Shown here: in pieces, positions 18,590 through 29,398 of the stretch
Numbering within the stretch: the stretch's first letter is position 1
Layout of the letters: each line of letters begins with the position of its first letter
Sequence record: SRR31156797_33060
Reading direction: 5' to 3' (one strand)
Length of the DNA: 32,537 nucleotides
Made by a program: the position numbers and the translations under genes
Notes under the pieces: model-generated
Database searches by the model: none
Told to the model about the DNA's origin: nothing
What the model saw: only the letters and a program-made list of their open reading frames with translations

Positions 18590-19261
18590 ATGGGTTTTGA
18601 CTTTCAATACATGCTGGAGCTGATGCCGATACTGCTCAAGTATCTTGGCACCACCATGGAAATGGCGACATGGGGAATGCTTTTCTCTCTGATTCTTTCT
18701 GTCATCTTGGCCAATATTCGGGTGTTCAAAGTTCCGGTGCTCGATCAGCTTAGTCAGCTCTACATCAGCTTCTTCCGTGGAACACCACTATTAGTACAGC
18801 TGTTCCTTCTTTATTACGGTTTGCCGCAGATATTCCCGATCTTAGTCGGTATTGATGCTTTCAGTGCCGCGGTCATTGGTATCACGTTACATTTCTCCGC
18901 TTACATGGCAGAAAGTATTCGTGCGGCAATTATTGGTATTGACCGTAGCCAGATGGAAGCCAGCCTCTCTGTGGGAATGACCACCAGTCAAGCTATGCGC
19001 CGCATTATTTTGCCGCAAGCAACACGTGTGGCTTTGCCGTCACTGATGAACTACTTCATTGATATGATTAAGTCGACCTCCCTCGCCTTTACTTTGGGTG
19101 TTGCGGAAATTATGGCGAAAGCTCAAATGGAAGCGTCATCCAGTTTTCGCTTTTTCGAAGCATTCCTAGCAGTAGCATTGATTTACTGGGCTGTGGTTGT
19201 GGTTCTGACACGAGTACAGATTTGGGCGGAAAATAAACTCAACAAGGCGTATGTAAGATGA
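18590..19261 (+). CDS. Polar amino-acid ABC transporter permease
   Basis: [23 protein letters not shown]-like [22 protein letters not shown]. Confidence 0.92.
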   Translation: MGFDFQYMLELMPILLKYLGTTMEMATWGMLFSLILSVILANIRVFKVPVLDQLSQLYISFFRGTPLLVQLFLLYYGLPQIFPILVGIDAFSAAVIGITLHFSAYMAESIRAAIIGIDRSQMEASLSVGMTTSQAMRRIILPQATRVALPSLMNYFIDMIKSTSLAFTLGVAEIMAKAQMEASSSFRFFEAFLAVALIYWAVVVVLTRVQIWAENKLNKAYVR

Positions 19262-19995
19262 TCAACTTAACTAACATTCACAAACGCTTTGGCGATAGCG
19301 AAGTTCTCAAAGGCATCGATCTCTCTATTAATAAAGGAGAGATCATCGTCATTATCGGTTCAAGTGGTACAGGCAAATCAACGCTGCTGCGTTGTGTTAA
19401 CTTCCTAGAGCAAGCTGACCAAGGCATCTTCAACATTGATGATGTAACTGTTGATTGCCAAAACCATACAAAAGCAGAAGTGTTAGCACTTAGACGCAAA
19501 ACCGGCTTTGTCTTTCAGAACTACGCCTTGTTCTCGCATATGACGGCAAGACAGAACATCGCTGAAGGCTTGATTACGGTACAAGGCTGGAAAAAGAGCG
19601 ATGCTTTAGCTCGTGCTCAACAGATACTTGATGATATTGGCCTTGGCGACAAGGGAGACAGCTACCCTTCCGCGCTTTCTGGAGGCCAACAGCAACGAGT
19701 CGGTATTGGTCGAGCAATGGCACTACAACCGGAATTGCTGCTGTTTGATGAGCCAACATCCGCACTCGATCCGGAATGGGTAGGTGAAGTTTTATCTTTA
19801 ATGAAAAAACTGGCGACTCAGAATCAAACAATGTTAGTGGTTACTCACGAGATGCAGTTTGCCAGAGAAGTGGCAGACAGAGTGATCTTCATGGCCGAAG
19901 GCCACATCGTTGAACAAGGTTCTCCACAGGATATTTTTAGTAATCCACAGGATCCTCGTTTAAAGAAATTCCTAAATATGGTTGGGATCGACTAA
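19258..19995 (+). CDS. Polar amino-acid ABC transporter ATP-binding protein
   Basis: [39 protein letters not shown] overlap with the permease gene. Confidence 0.94.
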   Translation: MINLTNIHKRFGDSEVLKGIDLSINKGEIIVIIGSSGTGKSTLLRCVNFLEQADQGIFNIDDVTVDCQNHTKAEVLALRRKTGFVFQNYALFSHMTARQNIAEGLITVQGWKKSDALARAQQILDDIGLGDKGDSYPSALSGGQQQRVGIGRAMALQPELLLFDEPTSALDPEWVGEVLSLMKKLATQNQTMLVVTHEMQFAREVADRVIFMAEGHIVEQGSPQDIFSNPQDPRLKKFLNMVGID

Positions 19996-20001
19996 GGATC
20001 C

Positions 20002-20029
20002 TTGAGATTTTATCGAGACTCCGTATAAT
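20002..20029 (+). promoter_or_regulatory. Upstream sigma70 promoter of the rpmH operon
   Basis: TTGAGA-N16-TATAAT followed by a GC-rich discriminator CGCCCG. Confidence 0.6.
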
Positions 20030-20105
20030 CGCCCGACCGGAAAATCCGAAGCAGGCATTTCTCATTAATTTGAGAAATTGTACACGACTTCGGCAAACCC
20101 AATCA

Positions 20106-20134
20106 TTGACACCTTTTGTGACAGTGATTACAAT
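20106..20134 (+). promoter_or_regulatory. Proximal sigma70 promoter of the rpmH operon
   Basis: TTGACA-N17-TACAAT followed by GC-rich TCCGCC. Confidence 0.8.
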
Positions 20135-20247
20135 TCCGCCTCTTTGTTGAGAGGCGTCGGATAGTCCTTTCTTTATATAAAGAGAAGACACAAAGCCCAC
20201 GCCGGGTTTAACAAACCTAAAAACTACTGATCAGTAAGGTATTTACA

Positions 20248-20385
20248 ATGAGCAAACGCACTTTTCAACCTACAGTTCTAAAGCGCAAACGTACTCACGG
20301 TTTCCGTGCTCGTATGGCGACAGCGAACGGTCGTAAAGTAATTAATGCACGTCGTGCAAAAGGCCGTAAGCGCCTTTCAAAATAA
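20248..20385 (+). CDS. rpmH: 50S ribosomal protein L34
   Basis: Hand translation [45 protein letters not shown] (45 aa); TAAGGT RBS; below the ORF-track size cutoff. Confidence 0.98.
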   Translation: MSKRTFQPTVLKRKRTHGFRARMATANGRKVINARRAKGRKRLSK

Positions 20386-20397
20386 TCCTTAATTATT

Positions 20398-20754
20398 TTG
20401 AGTACGTACGCATTCAATCGGGAGTTACGTTTGTTAACTCCCGAGCATTATAAAAATGTCTTTCAGCAAGCTCATCGAGCTGGCTCACCTCATTTCACAA
20501 TCATTGCCCGCAATAATAACCTTTCTCACCCTCGTTTAGGTTTAGCTGTTCCAAAAAAACAAATTAAAACTGCCGTCGGTCGTAATCGCTTTAAGCGTTT
20601 ATCCAGAGAGAGCTTTCGTCTTAAACAACATCAGCTTCCTAACAAAGATTTTGTTGTAATTGCGAAAAAGAGCGCGCAAGATTTGAGCAATGATGAATTA
20701 TTTACTTTGTTCGAAAAGTTATGGCAACGCCTATCTCGCCCTTCACGTGGATAG
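20398..20754 (+). CDS. rnpA: Ribonuclease P protein component
   Basis: TTG start; [27 protein letters not shown] (RNR motif), DFVVIAK. Confidence 0.96.
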   Translation: MSTYAFNRELRLLTPEHYKNVFQQAHRAGSPHFTIIARNNNLSHPRLGLAVPKKQIKTAVGRNRFKRLSRESFRLKQHQLPNKDFVVIAKKSAQDLSNDELFTLFEKLWQRLSRPSRG

Positions 20755-20978
20755 CTATTGGTTTAGTAAAACTTTACCAATGGACTATTAGCCCGCTTAT
20801 CGGCCCACGCTGCCGATTTACTCCAACATGCTCCTCATACGCTATAGAAGCACTAAGAGTTCACGGTTTTGTAAAAGGGTGTTGGTTATCTGGCAAACGT
20901 CTATTAAAATGCCACCCTTTGAATGAAGGCGGGTTTGACCCCGTTCCACCAGTCCAAAAACAAGACAGAGATAATTAA
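20721..20978 (+). CDS. yidD: Membrane protein insertion efficiency factor YidD
   Basis: [39 protein letters not shown]; overlaps the rnpA end. Confidence 0.95.
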   Translation: MATPISPFTWIAIGLVKLYQWTISPLIGPRCRFTPTCSSYAIEALRVHGFVKGCWLSGKRLLKCHPLNEGGFDPVPPVQKQDRDN

Positions 20979-20980
20979 CG

Positions 20981-22603
20981 ATGGATTCTCAACGTAATAT
21001 CCTGTTGATCGCCTTGGCTCTAGTTTCTTTTTTACTTTTCCAGCAGTGGCAAGTAGCTAAGAACCCAGCTCCGCAAGCGGTTGAACAGGCTCAATCAGGC
21101 AATACAGTACCTGCACCTTCTTTTGCAGATGAGTTTGACCCAGCACCACCTCAAACCAATGCTGTTGCAAAAACGATTACCGTTACTTCAGATGCTCTAA
21201 CTCTGTCTATCGACACAGTTGGCGGTGATGTTGTTTCTGCAAAACTTAATCAATATGCAGAAGAACTGGATTCTGAGATTCCATTCCAACTACTTAAAAA
21301 CGAGCAAGGACACCAATTTATTGCTCAAAGTGGTCTAATTGGTCCTCAAGGTATCGACTTAAGCAGTTCTAGCCGTCCGGCATACCACGTTGATGCTGAC
21401 AGCTTTACACTCGCTGATGGTCAAGATGAACTTCGCGTTCCAATGACTTACCAAGCAAATGGTATCCAGTACACCAAAACTTTCATCATCAAGCGTAATA
21501 GCTATGCCATTGATGTTGAATATAACGTTGTAAACCAATCAGGTAACAACGCGACTATGGGTATGTACGCTCATTTGCGTCAAAACCTACAAGATTCAGG
21601 CGGTAGCCTAGCTATGCCAACATATCGTGGTGGTGCGTACTCAAGCGAAGATACTCGCTACAAGAAGTACAGCTTCGACGATATGCAAGATCGTAATCTG
21701 TCTATCAACCTACCAAACGGTCAAGGTTGGGCAGCGATGATTCAACACTATTTCGCAACGGCGTGGATTCCACGTAACGAACCAGGCGCTAACATCTACT
21801 CACGTATTATCGGTAACTTAGGTGATATCGGTGTTCGTATGCCAAACAAAACGTTGGCGGATGGCACTCAAGAAACATTCAAATCAACACTTTGGGTTGG
21901 TCCAAAACTTCAAGACGAAATGGCTGAGGTAGCACCAAGCTTGGATCTGGTTGTTGATTACGGTTGGTTATGGTTCATCGCTAAACCTCTTCACTCACTG
22001 CTTTCTTTCATCCAAGGTATTGTAGTGAACTGGGGTCTGGCAATCATGTGTTTGACCTTCATCGTACGTGGTGCAATGTATCCACTAACGAAAGCGCAAT
22101 ACACATCAATGGCTAAAATGCGTATGCTGCAACCTAAGCTGCAAGCAATGCGTGAGCGTATCGGCGATGACCGTCAGCGCATGAGCCAAGAGATGATGGA
22201 ACTGTATAAGAAAGAAAAAGTAAACCCACTAGGTGGCTGTCTACCAATCTTCCTGCAGATGCCAATCTTCATCTCACTATACTGGGCATTAATGGAGTCT
22301 GTTGAACTACGTCACTCACCATTCTTTGGTTGGATTCATGACTTGTCAGCACAAGACCCATACTACATCCTACCTCTATTGATGGGTGCGAGTATGTTCA
22401 TGATCCAGAAGATGAGTCCAACAACTGTGACTGATCCAATGCAGCAGAAGATCATGACTTTCATGCCAGTTATGTTCACGTTCTTCTTCCTGTTCTTCCC
22501 ATCAGGTCTGGTTCTTTACTGGTTGGTATCGAACGTCGTGACACTGATTCAGCAAACTTTGATTTACAAAGCGCTGGAGAAGAAAGGCTTACACTCCAAG
22601 TAA
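20981..22603 (+). CDS. yidC: Membrane protein insertase YidC
   Basis: [53 protein letters not shown]. Confidence 0.98.
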   Translation: MDSQRNILLIALALVSFLLFQQWQVAKNPAPQAVEQAQSGNTVPAPSFADEFDPAPPQTNAVAKTITVTSDALTLSIDTVGGDVVSAKLNQYAEELDSEIPFQLLKNEQGHQFIAQSGLIGPQGIDLSSSSRPAYHVDADSFTLADGQDELRVPMTYQANGIQYTKTFIIKRNSYAIDVEYNVVNQSGNNATMGMYAHLRQNLQDSGGSLAMPTYRGGAYSSEDTRYKKYSFDDMQDRNLSINLPNGQGWAAMIQHYFATAWIPRNEPGANIYSRIIGNLGDIGVRMPNKTLADGTQETFKSTLWVGPKLQDEMAEVAPSLDLVVDYGWLWFIAKPLHSLLSFIQGIVVNWGLAIMCLTFIVRGAMYPLTKAQYTSMAKMRMLQPKLQAMRERIGDDRQRMSQEMMELYKKEKVNPLGGCLPIFLQMPIFISLYWALMESVELRHSPFFGWIHDLSAQDPYYILPLLMGASMFMIQKMSPTTVTDPMQQKIMTFMPVMFTFFFLFFPSGLVLYWLVSNVVTLIQQTLIYKALEKKGLHSK

Positions 22604-22620
22604 GCTAGCATCAAATGAGT

Positions 22621-22646
22621 AAAGGCGGCCAAATGGTCGCCTTTTT
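22621..22646 (+). terminator. Intrinsic terminator after yidC
   Basis: AAAGGCGGCC-AAAT-GGTCGCC followed by TTTTT. Confidence 0.8.
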
Positions 22647-22703
22647 GTTTATAGCTGATTACAATAACGCTAATTTGATAAAAGTATTTAGGTAACAACC
22701 GTT

Positions 22704-24065
22704 ATGACGACTGATACCATCGTTGCTCAAGCGACAGCCCCTGGACGAGGCGGAGTCGGTATTATCCGAGTTTCCGGCCCCAAAGCTGCGGAAGTAGCTC
22801 TAGAAGTTACTGGGCGAACGTTAAAACCGCGTTATGCGGAATATCTGCCATTCAAAGATGATAATAATCTTGAACTAGACCAAGGCATTGCACTCTATTT
22901 TCCTAACCCCAACTCTTTTACCGGCGAAGATGTATTAGAGCTGCAAGGCCATGGCGGTCCGGTAGTGATGGATATGCTGATTAAGCGTATTTTAAAAATT
23001 TCAGGCGTGCGCCCAGCTCGACCGGGTGAATTCTCTGAACGTGCGTTCCTTAATGACAAAATGGACCTAACGCAAGCAGAAGCCATTGCTGACTTAATTG
23101 ATGCAAGCTCTGAAGAAGCAGCAAAGTCTGCTTTGCAATCACTACAAGGCCAATTTTCCCAACGTATTCATACGCTGGTGGAATCACTCATCCATTTACG
23201 CATCTACGTCGAAGCCGCGATTGACTTCCCTGAAGAAGAAATCGATTTCTTAGCAGACGGCAAAGTAGCCAGTGATCTTCAAGCCATAATCGACAACCTA
23301 GATGCCGTACGTAAAGAAGCCAATCAAGGTGCTATTTTACGTGAAGGGATGAAGGTCGTTATCGCAGGCCGTCCCAACGCAGGGAAATCAAGCTTACTCA
23401 ATGCTCTATCAGGTAAAGAGTCCGCTATCGTCACCGATATCGCAGGAACCACTCGTGACGTTCTACGCGAACATATCCATATTGATGGTATGCCACTGCA
23501 TATTATTGATACCGCAGGTCTGCGTGATGCCTCTGATGAAGTGGAAAAAATCGGCATTGAGCGCGCTTGGGATGAAATAAAACAAGCCGATCGCGTGCTG
23601 TTTATGGTGGATGGCACCACAACAGATGCAACCAACCCTGAAGATATCTGGCCAGATTTTGTCGATCGTCTGCCTGATAGTATGGGGATGACAGTGATCC
23701 GAAACAAAGTCGATCAAACAGGTGAAATGCTTGGGATCTGCCATGTCAGTACACCAACGTTGATCCGCTTATCAGCAAAAACCGGCGAAGGTGTTGAAGC
23801 ACTACGAACCCATTTAAAAGAGTGTATGGGCTTTTCTGGCAACCAAGAAGGTGGCTTTATGGCTCGTCGCCGCCACTTAGATGCTCTAGAACGAGCAGCA
23901 GAGCACCTTGATATTGGCCAGCAACAACTGGAAGGTTACATGGCTGGAGAGATACTAGCGGAAGAACTGCGTATCACTCAGCAGCACCTCAATGAAATAA
24001 CGGGTGAGTTCAGCTCTGACGATCTGTTAGGCCGAATCTTTTCTTCTTTCTGTATTGGTAAATAA
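22704..24065 (+). CDS. mnmE: tRNA modification GTPase MnmE (TrmE)
   Basis: [44 protein letters not shown] and terminal FCIGK. Confidence 0.98.
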   Translation: MTTDTIVAQATAPGRGGVGIIRVSGPKAAEVALEVTGRTLKPRYAEYLPFKDDNNLELDQGIALYFPNPNSFTGEDVLELQGHGGPVVMDMLIKRILKISGVRPARPGEFSERAFLNDKMDLTQAEAIADLIDASSEEAAKSALQSLQGQFSQRIHTLVESLIHLRIYVEAAIDFPEEEIDFLADGKVASDLQAIIDNLDAVRKEANQGAILREGMKVVIAGRPNAGKSSLLNALSGKESAIVTDIAGTTRDVLREHIHIDGMPLHIIDTAGLRDASDEVEKIGIERAWDEIKQADRVLFMVDGTTTDATNPEDIWPDFVDRLPDSMGMTVIRNKVDQTGEMLGICHVSTPTLIRLSAKTGEGVEALRTHLKECMGFSGNQEGGFMARRRHLDALERAAEHLDIGQQQLEGYMAGEILAEELRITQQHLNEITGEFSSDDLLGRIFSSFCIGK

Positions 24066-24075
24066 AGCGGGCACT

Positions 24076-24510
24076 ATGATCCATATAATCACAGGTAGTA
24101 CGCTGGGTGGCGCTGAATATGTCGGTGACCATCTAAGCGATTTATTACAACAACAGTCTTTGGAAACCACAATTCACAATCAGCCTGTATTCTCAGATAT
24201 TCCAGCTCAAGATACATGGATTATTGTTACTTCAACTCATGGTGCTGGTGAATATCCCGATAATATCCAGCCATTTATCGCATCACTGCAAAATACACCA
24301 CCGAACACTAAAGAGCTAAAATTTGCCGTTGTTGCGATTGGTGATTCCAGCTATGACACGTTCTGTGCTGCAGGGAAACACGCGTATGACCTGCTTGAAG
24401 ATATTGGCGCTACGCCCATTTCAGACTGCTTTACGATCGATATTCAAGAGCATCCAGTACCAGAAGATGCCGCTGAAGAATGGCTAAAAAGCATAGTCCA
24501 CCAATTTTAA
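24076..24510 (+). CDS. mioC: Flavodoxin-like FMN-binding protein MioC
   Basis: [37 protein letters not shown]; adjacent to oriC; start reassigned to ATG 24076. Confidence 0.95.
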   Translation: MIHIITGSTLGGAEYVGDHLSDLLQQQSLETTIHNQPVFSDIPAQDTWIIVTSTHGAGEYPDNIQPFIASLQNTPPNTKELKFAVVAIGDSSYDTFCAAGKHAYDLLEDIGATPISDCFTIDIQEHPVPEDAAEEWLKSIVHQF

Positions 24511-24528
24511 GTCACTTCACTTGTGAAT

Positions 24529-24556
24529 AAAAAAGCAGCGATAAGCTGCTTTTTTT
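24529..24556 (+). terminator. Intrinsic terminator after mioC (structurally bidirectional)
   Basis: A6-GCAGC-GATAA-GCTGC-T7. Confidence 0.85.
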
Positions 24557-24620
24557 ATATCTGTGAAAAATTTGGTCCAAATAAAGTTATACTAATTGAT
24601 GATAATTTAACCAATCAGCA

Positions 24621-24875
24621 TGTGGGTAACTATAGTGTTATCCGGTGATCAACCTATAGTTATCCCAATAATAACTTTGATCATAAAATACCCCTGTGTA
24701 TAACCTTCGATTTTGATCCCAGCTAATACGCAGTTAGATCATGATCAGATCACATGTTCTGATCTGTTAAAGATCCATGATCTTGTTGATCATTTTTCAC
24801 TTATCCACAGAGATCGTCGATCCTAATAGTAAACATAATAAAAGATCTCTATATAAAGATCTTATATATATTAAG
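24621..24875. other. Chromosome I replication origin oriC (E. coli-type), between mioC and mnmG
   Basis: DnaA boxes: R1 TTATCCACA 24801-24809, R2 TGTGTATAA 24695-24703, R3-like TTATCCCAA 24660-24668, R4-like TGTGGGTAA 24621-24629. 14 GATC counted in 24647-24861. AT-rich DUE at ~24820-24875 with GATCTTTATATAG and GATCTTTTATTAT (minus strand). CGTATTAGCTGGGATC block resembles E. coli oriC. Confidence 0.95.
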
Positions 24876-24987
24876 TTATCCGTTATGAACGGAAAATTTA
24901 GAAAAGCGATTTTCTAGACTTAGGAAAGAAGGTAGAATACGCCTCTTTTGTTTATCTCTCACTCTCATTGAATACCTGAGGTCGTTC

Positions 24988-26883
24988 ATGCTTTATCACG
25001 AAACATTTGACGTCATTGTGGTTGGTGGCGGACACGCAGGAACGGAAGCCGCTCTCGCAGCCGCACGTACAGGGCAAAGTACGTTACTTCTAACACACAA
25101 CATTGATACGCTGGGACAAATGTCATGTAACCCAGCCATTGGTGGCATTGGTAAAGGCCATCTCGTTAAAGAAGTAGATGCTATGGGTGGTTTAATGGCA
25201 CAAGCCATTGATCATGCAGGTATTCAGTTTAGAACACTGAATGCTTCGAAAGGTCCAGCTGTTCGTGCAACTCGAGCACAAGCAGACAGAGCTTTATACA
25301 AAGCTTACGTTCGTAGCACTTTGGAAAACACCCCTAATTTAAAACTGTTCCAACAATCTGCAGATGATCTGATTGTTGAAAATGATCAAGTTCGTGGTGT
25401 TGTGACTCAAATGGGCCTCAAATTCTACGCCAAATCGGTTGTATTGACTGTTGGGACCTTTTTGGGAGGTAAGATCCATATTGGTATGGAAAACTTCTCA
25501 GGAGGCCGTGCAGGCGATCCTCCATCGATCGCTTTGGCTGATCGTTTACGAGAATTACCATTTCGCGTTGATCGCTTAAAAACAGGTACACCTCCTCGTA
25601 TCGATGCTCGCAGTGTGGATTTTTCACAATTAGAAGTTCAGCACGGTGACAACCCTACCCCTGTTTTTTCTTTCATGGGTAAGCGTGAACAGCATCCGCA
25701 GCAGATTCCTTGTTACATCACTCATACCAATGAGCAGACGCACGATGTGATCCGTAATAACCTTGATCGCAGCCCAATGTACGCCGGTGTTATCGAAGGT
25801 ATTGGACCTCGTTACTGTCCTTCCATTGAAGATAAAGTGATGCGTTTTGCCGATAAAAACAGCCACCAAATCTTCATTGAACCTGAAGGTTTAACGACTC
25901 ACGAACTCTATCCAAACGGTATTTCCACCAGCTTACCGTTTGATGTACAGGTGAAGATTGTTCAATCAATGAAAGGCTTTGAGAACGCACATATCGTTCG
26001 TCCTGGCTACGCGATTGAGTATGATTTCTTTGACCCACGAGATCTGAAACAGACATACGAGACTAAGTTTATTCAAGGACTGTTCTTTGCTGGACAAATT
26101 AACGGTACTACTGGTTACGAAGAAGCTGCAGCTCAAGGTTTAATGGCTGGATTAAATGCAAGTCTATTCAGTCAAGGCAAAGAAGGTTGGAGCCCTCGTC
26201 GTGATCAGGCTTACATGGGCGTATTGATCGATGATCTTTCAAGCATGGGCACTAAAGAACCTTATCGTATGTTTACGTCTCGTGCGGAATACCGTTTGCT
26301 ACTGCGTGAAGACAATGCCGATCTTCGCCTGACAGAAAAAGCACGTGAACTTGGTCTAGTTTGTGATGAGCGCTGGGCTCGTTTTAACCAAAAGATCGAT
26401 AATATGGAAAAAGAACGTCAACGCCTTAAAGAGACATGGATGAATCCAAAATCTCAAGGTATTGATGCACTTAACGCTCTGTTAAAAACACCAATGTCAC
26501 GTGAGGCAAGTGGTGAAGATCTGTTACGTCGACCAGAAATGACTTATGACATGATCACATCGTTACCTGAGTTTTCACCAGCGTTGGAAGACAGCGAAGC
26601 CGCTGAGCAGGTCGAAATTCAGGTGAAGTATGAAGGCTATATTCAGCGTCAGAAAGATGAGATCGAAAAGTCGTTACGCCACGAAAACACTAAGTTACCT
26701 ATAGATCTGGATTACAGCCAAGTGAAAGGTCTATCTAACGAAGTCGTGGCAAAATTGAGCGCCGCTAAACCGGAAACGGTTGGTATTGCTTCTCGTATCT
26801 CTGGTATTACACCTGCTGCGATTTCAATCTTGCTCGTTCACTTGAAAAAGCAAGGTATGCTCAAAAAAGGAGAAGCGGCTTAA
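24988..26883 (+). CDS. mnmG: tRNA uridine-5-carboxymethylaminomethyl synthesis enzyme MnmG (GidA)
   Basis: [55 protein letters not shown]. Confidence 0.99.
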   Translation: MLYHETFDVIVVGGGHAGTEAALAAARTGQSTLLLTHNIDTLGQMSCNPAIGGIGKGHLVKEVDAMGGLMAQAIDHAGIQFRTLNASKGPAVRATRAQADRALYKAYVRSTLENTPNLKLFQQSADDLIVENDQVRGVVTQMGLKFYAKSVVLTVGTFLGGKIHIGMENFSGGRAGDPPSIALADRLRELPFRVDRLKTGTPPRIDARSVDFSQLEVQHGDNPTPVFSFMGKREQHPQQIPCYITHTNEQTHDVIRNNLDRSPMYAGVIEGIGPRYCPSIEDKVMRFADKNSHQIFIEPEGLTTHELYPNGISTSLPFDVQVKIVQSMKGFENAHIVRPGYAIEYDFFDPRDLKQTYETKFIQGLFFAGQINGTTGYEEAAAQGLMAGLNASLFSQGKEGWSPRRDQAYMGVLIDDLSSMGTKEPYRMFTSRAEYRLLLREDNADLRLTEKARELGLVCDERWARFNQKIDNMEKERQRLKETWMNPKSQGIDALNALLKTPMSREASGEDLLRRPEMTYDMITSLPEFSPALEDSEAAEQVEIQVKYEGYIQRQKDEIEKSLRHENTKLPIDLDYSQVKGLSNEVVAKLSAAKPETVGIASRISGITPAAISILLVHLKKQGMLKKGEAA

Positions 26884-27515
26884 TGAGTCTGTTACGCACG
26901 AAATTAGATTCGTTGATCGCTCAAACGGATTTGGAAGTGACTGAACATCAACGTGATCAATTGGTTGGTTATGTTGAACTGCTTAACAAGTGGAACAAAG
27001 CGTATAATCTTACATCGGTAAGAGACCCAGAGGATATGATTGTGAAGCATATCCTTGATAGTATTGTGGTTAGTCCTCACCTTGTCGGCGAACGTTTTAT
27101 CGATGTGGGTACTGGGCCAGGGTTACCAGGGATTCCATTGTCAATCATGAACCCTGATAAGAGCTTCGTTTTATTAGATAGTTTAGGTAAGCGTATTCGC
27201 TTCATTAAACAAGTCTTGCATGAACTTGGGATTAATAACGTTACGCCTGTTCAGAGCCGTGTCGAAGAATATGACCCTGAAGGTGGCTTTGATGCTGTAC
27301 TGAGTCGTGCGTTTGCTTCTATGGCAGATATGGTAGAGTGGTGTGAACATCTACCGCGCGCAGATTCTGGCGTCTTTTTCGCGCTTAAAGGGCAACTACC
27401 TCAAGAAGAGATCACCTTACTTCCTGAGTGGTGTTCTGTGACAGAAGTCAAAGCTTTGAAAGTTCCGGAGTTGGAAGGCGAGCGTCATCTTGTAATCTTA
27501 TCCCGTAAGGGATAA
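26883..27515 (+). CDS. rsmG: 16S rRNA m7G527 methyltransferase RsmG (GidB)
   Basis: [42 protein letters not shown] coupling to mnmG. Confidence 0.97.
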   Translation: MSLLRTKLDSLIAQTDLEVTEHQRDQLVGYVELLNKWNKAYNLTSVRDPEDMIVKHILDSIVVSPHLVGERFIDVGTGPGLPGIPLSIMNPDKSFVLLDSLGKRIRFIKQVLHELGINNVTPVQSRVEEYDPEGGFDAVLSRAFASMADMVEWCEHLPRADSGVFFALKGQLPQEEITLLPEWCSVTEVKALKVPELEGERHLVILSRKG

Positions 27516-27529
27516 CAGCGAGGCATACC

Positions 27530-28303
27530 GTGGGTAAAATCGTAGCGATCGCCAACCAGAAAGGTGGCGTAGGAAAAACAACAACTTGTGTCAACTTGGC
27601 TGCCTCTATGGCTGCCACCAAACGTAAAGTTCTGGTGATAGATTTAGATCCTCAGGGCAATGCAACCATGGCGAGCGGAGTGGACAAATATCAAGTCGAT
27701 GCAACGGTTTACGAGTTCTTAGTTGAAGATGCCCCATTTAATGATGTGGTGTGCCGCAACACGGCTGGTCACTACGATTTAATTGCTGCAAACGGCGATG
27801 TGACCGCTGCTGAAATTAAACTGATGGAAGTATTTGCTCGTGAAGTGAGACTGAAGAATGCTTTAGCCTCAGTTCGTGATAACTATGATTTCATCTTTAT
27901 CGATTGTCCTCCCTCTTTAAACCTTCTTACAATCAATGCAATGGCAGCCGCTGACTCTGTGTTAGTGCCAATGCAATGCGAGTATTTTGCATTAGAAGGT
28001 TTAACAGCGCTGATGGATACCATCAGTAAGCTGGCTGCGGTAGTGAATGACAACTTAAAGATCGAAGGTTTGCTTCGCACTATGTATGACCCGAGAAATC
28101 GATTGGCGAATGAAGTTTCGGATCAGTTGAAGAAGCACTTCGGTAACAAAGTCTACCGCACCGTTATCCCTCGTAATGTACGTCTCGCAGAGGCTCCTAG
28201 TCATGGCAAACCCGCCATGTACTACGACAAGTACTCTTCAGGCTCAAAAGCGTATTTAGCGCTTGCAGGTGAAATGCTTCGTCGAGAAGAAGTTATTGCA
28301 TAA
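27530..28303 (+). CDS. parA: Chromosome partitioning ATPase ParA (Soj-like, ParA1)
   Basis: GTG start; deviant Walker A ANQKGGVGKTT, DLDPQGNAT, DCPPSL, QCEYFALEG, IPRNVRLAEAPSHG. Confidence 0.96.
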   Translation: MGKIVAIANQKGGVGKTTTCVNLAASMAATKRKVLVIDLDPQGNATMASGVDKYQVDATVYEFLVEDAPFNDVVCRNTAGHYDLIAANGDVTAAEIKLMEVFAREVRLKNALASVRDNYDFIFIDCPPSLNLLTINAMAAADSVLVPMQCEYFALEGLTALMDTISKLAAVVNDNLKIEGLLRTMYDPRNRLANEVSDQLKKHFGNKVYRTVIPRNVRLAEAPSHGKPAMYYDKYSSGSKAYLALAGEMLRREEVIA

Positions 28304-28327
28304 CACAGATTAAAGGAATTTGTTTGC

Positions 28328-29209
28328 ATGTCTAAACGTGGTTTAGGTAAAGGATTGGACGCGCTGCTTGCAACCAGTTCTTTAGCTCGTGAAAAGCAAC
28401 AAGTGGCAAGTCATAGCCAAGAGATGTCTACCGATGGCGATCTACAAGATATCGCCATTACAAGCTTAAAACCGGGTGTCTATCAACCCCGTAAAGATAT
28501 GTCTCCAGAAGCTCTCGAAGAGCTATCCGCATCGATTCAGTCTCAGGGTATCATTCAGCCTATCGTTGTTCGCCCATTGGATATGGGCGAGTATGAAATT
28601 ATTGCTGGTGAGCGTCGATGGCGTGCAGCCAAACAAGCGGGCTTAAAGCGAGTTCCTTGTTTGATCAAAACGGTAGAGGATCGTGCTGCGATTGCGATGG
28701 CACTGATCGAAAATATACAGCGTGAAGATCTTAACGCGATCGAAGAAGCTCAAGCATTAGAGCGTCTTCAAGATGAGTTTAAACTGACGCATCAGCAAGT
28801 GGCTGAGGTTATTGGTAAGTCACGAACAACGGTGAGTAACTTGCTACGCCTTAATCAGTTAACGGATGTGGTCAAAGGTCTTGTTGAAACCAAACAGCTA
28901 GAAATGGGCCATGCCCGTGCACTGTTAATGCTTCAAGGTGAGCAGCAGCAAGAAATTGCACAACGTATTGCCAAGAAGCAATTAACGGTACGTCAAACAG
29001 AGCAACTGGTTAAAAAATGTTTGTCACAAGACGTTGAAGAAAAAAATGTCGTTGAAGACGTAGAAACGCAACAATTGTCACAAAAACTGAGTGAAAATTT
29101 AGGTGCAAAAGTGTCAATCGTTCGTTCCAAAAATGGTAAATCTAAGGTTACTATTAGTCTCGACGAGCCTTATAAACTCGAGCAATTGGTTGCCAAGTTA
29201 CAAGGCTAA
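28328..29209 (+). CDS. parB: Chromosome partitioning protein ParB (Spo0J-like, ParB1)
   Basis: N-terminal KRGLGKGLDALL, QPRK, CTP-binding motif GERRWRA, ENIQREDL, HTH GKSRTTVSNLLRL, GHARAL. Confidence 0.96.
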   Translation: MSKRGLGKGLDALLATSSLAREKQQVASHSQEMSTDGDLQDIAITSLKPGVYQPRKDMSPEALEELSASIQSQGIIQPIVVRPLDMGEYEIIAGERRWRAAKQAGLKRVPCLIKTVEDRAAIAMALIENIQREDLNAIEEAQALERLQDEFKLTHQQVAEVIGKSRTTVSNLLRLNQLTDVVKGLVETKQLEMGHARALLMLQGEQQQEIAQRIAKKQLTVRQTEQLVKKCLSQDVEEKNVVEDVETQQLSQKLSENLGAKVSIVRSKNGKSKVTISLDEPYKLEQLVAKLQG

Positions 29210-29307
29210 GTGAGATAATTGAACATCATATTATTTCTGAAAAAAAAGAATTTTGTGTGAAAAATGTTGGTTAGCAAACAAAAATGTAACATAAGATTGT
29301 ATTTTCG

Positions 29308-29335
29308 TTGCATTAAGTTTGCGCCTTCGTATAAT
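29308..29335 (+). promoter_or_regulatory. Sigma70 promoter of the atp operon
   Basis: TTGCAT-N16-TATAAT upstream of atpI. Confidence 0.65.
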
Positions 29336-29398
29336 TTTCGCCAATTTCTCAAGGTTAAATGTTGTAAGACTTTGAGATGTAACTAGAGGTACGAATAC

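Noticed and set aside
19937..20200. 87-aa antisense ORF across the rpmH promoters
   Set aside because: Overlaps promoter elements and the ATPase gene; no coding signature.
24647..24861. Dense GATC repetition as a possible tandem repeat, iteron or CRISPR array
   Set aside because: Irregular spacing with no long conserved unit; it is the Dam/SeqA signature of oriC.
27530..29209. parAB as evidence of a plasmid or integrated element
   Set aside because: Chromosomal Soj/Spo0J-type proteins in the conserved mnmG-rsmG-parA-parB-atp context.
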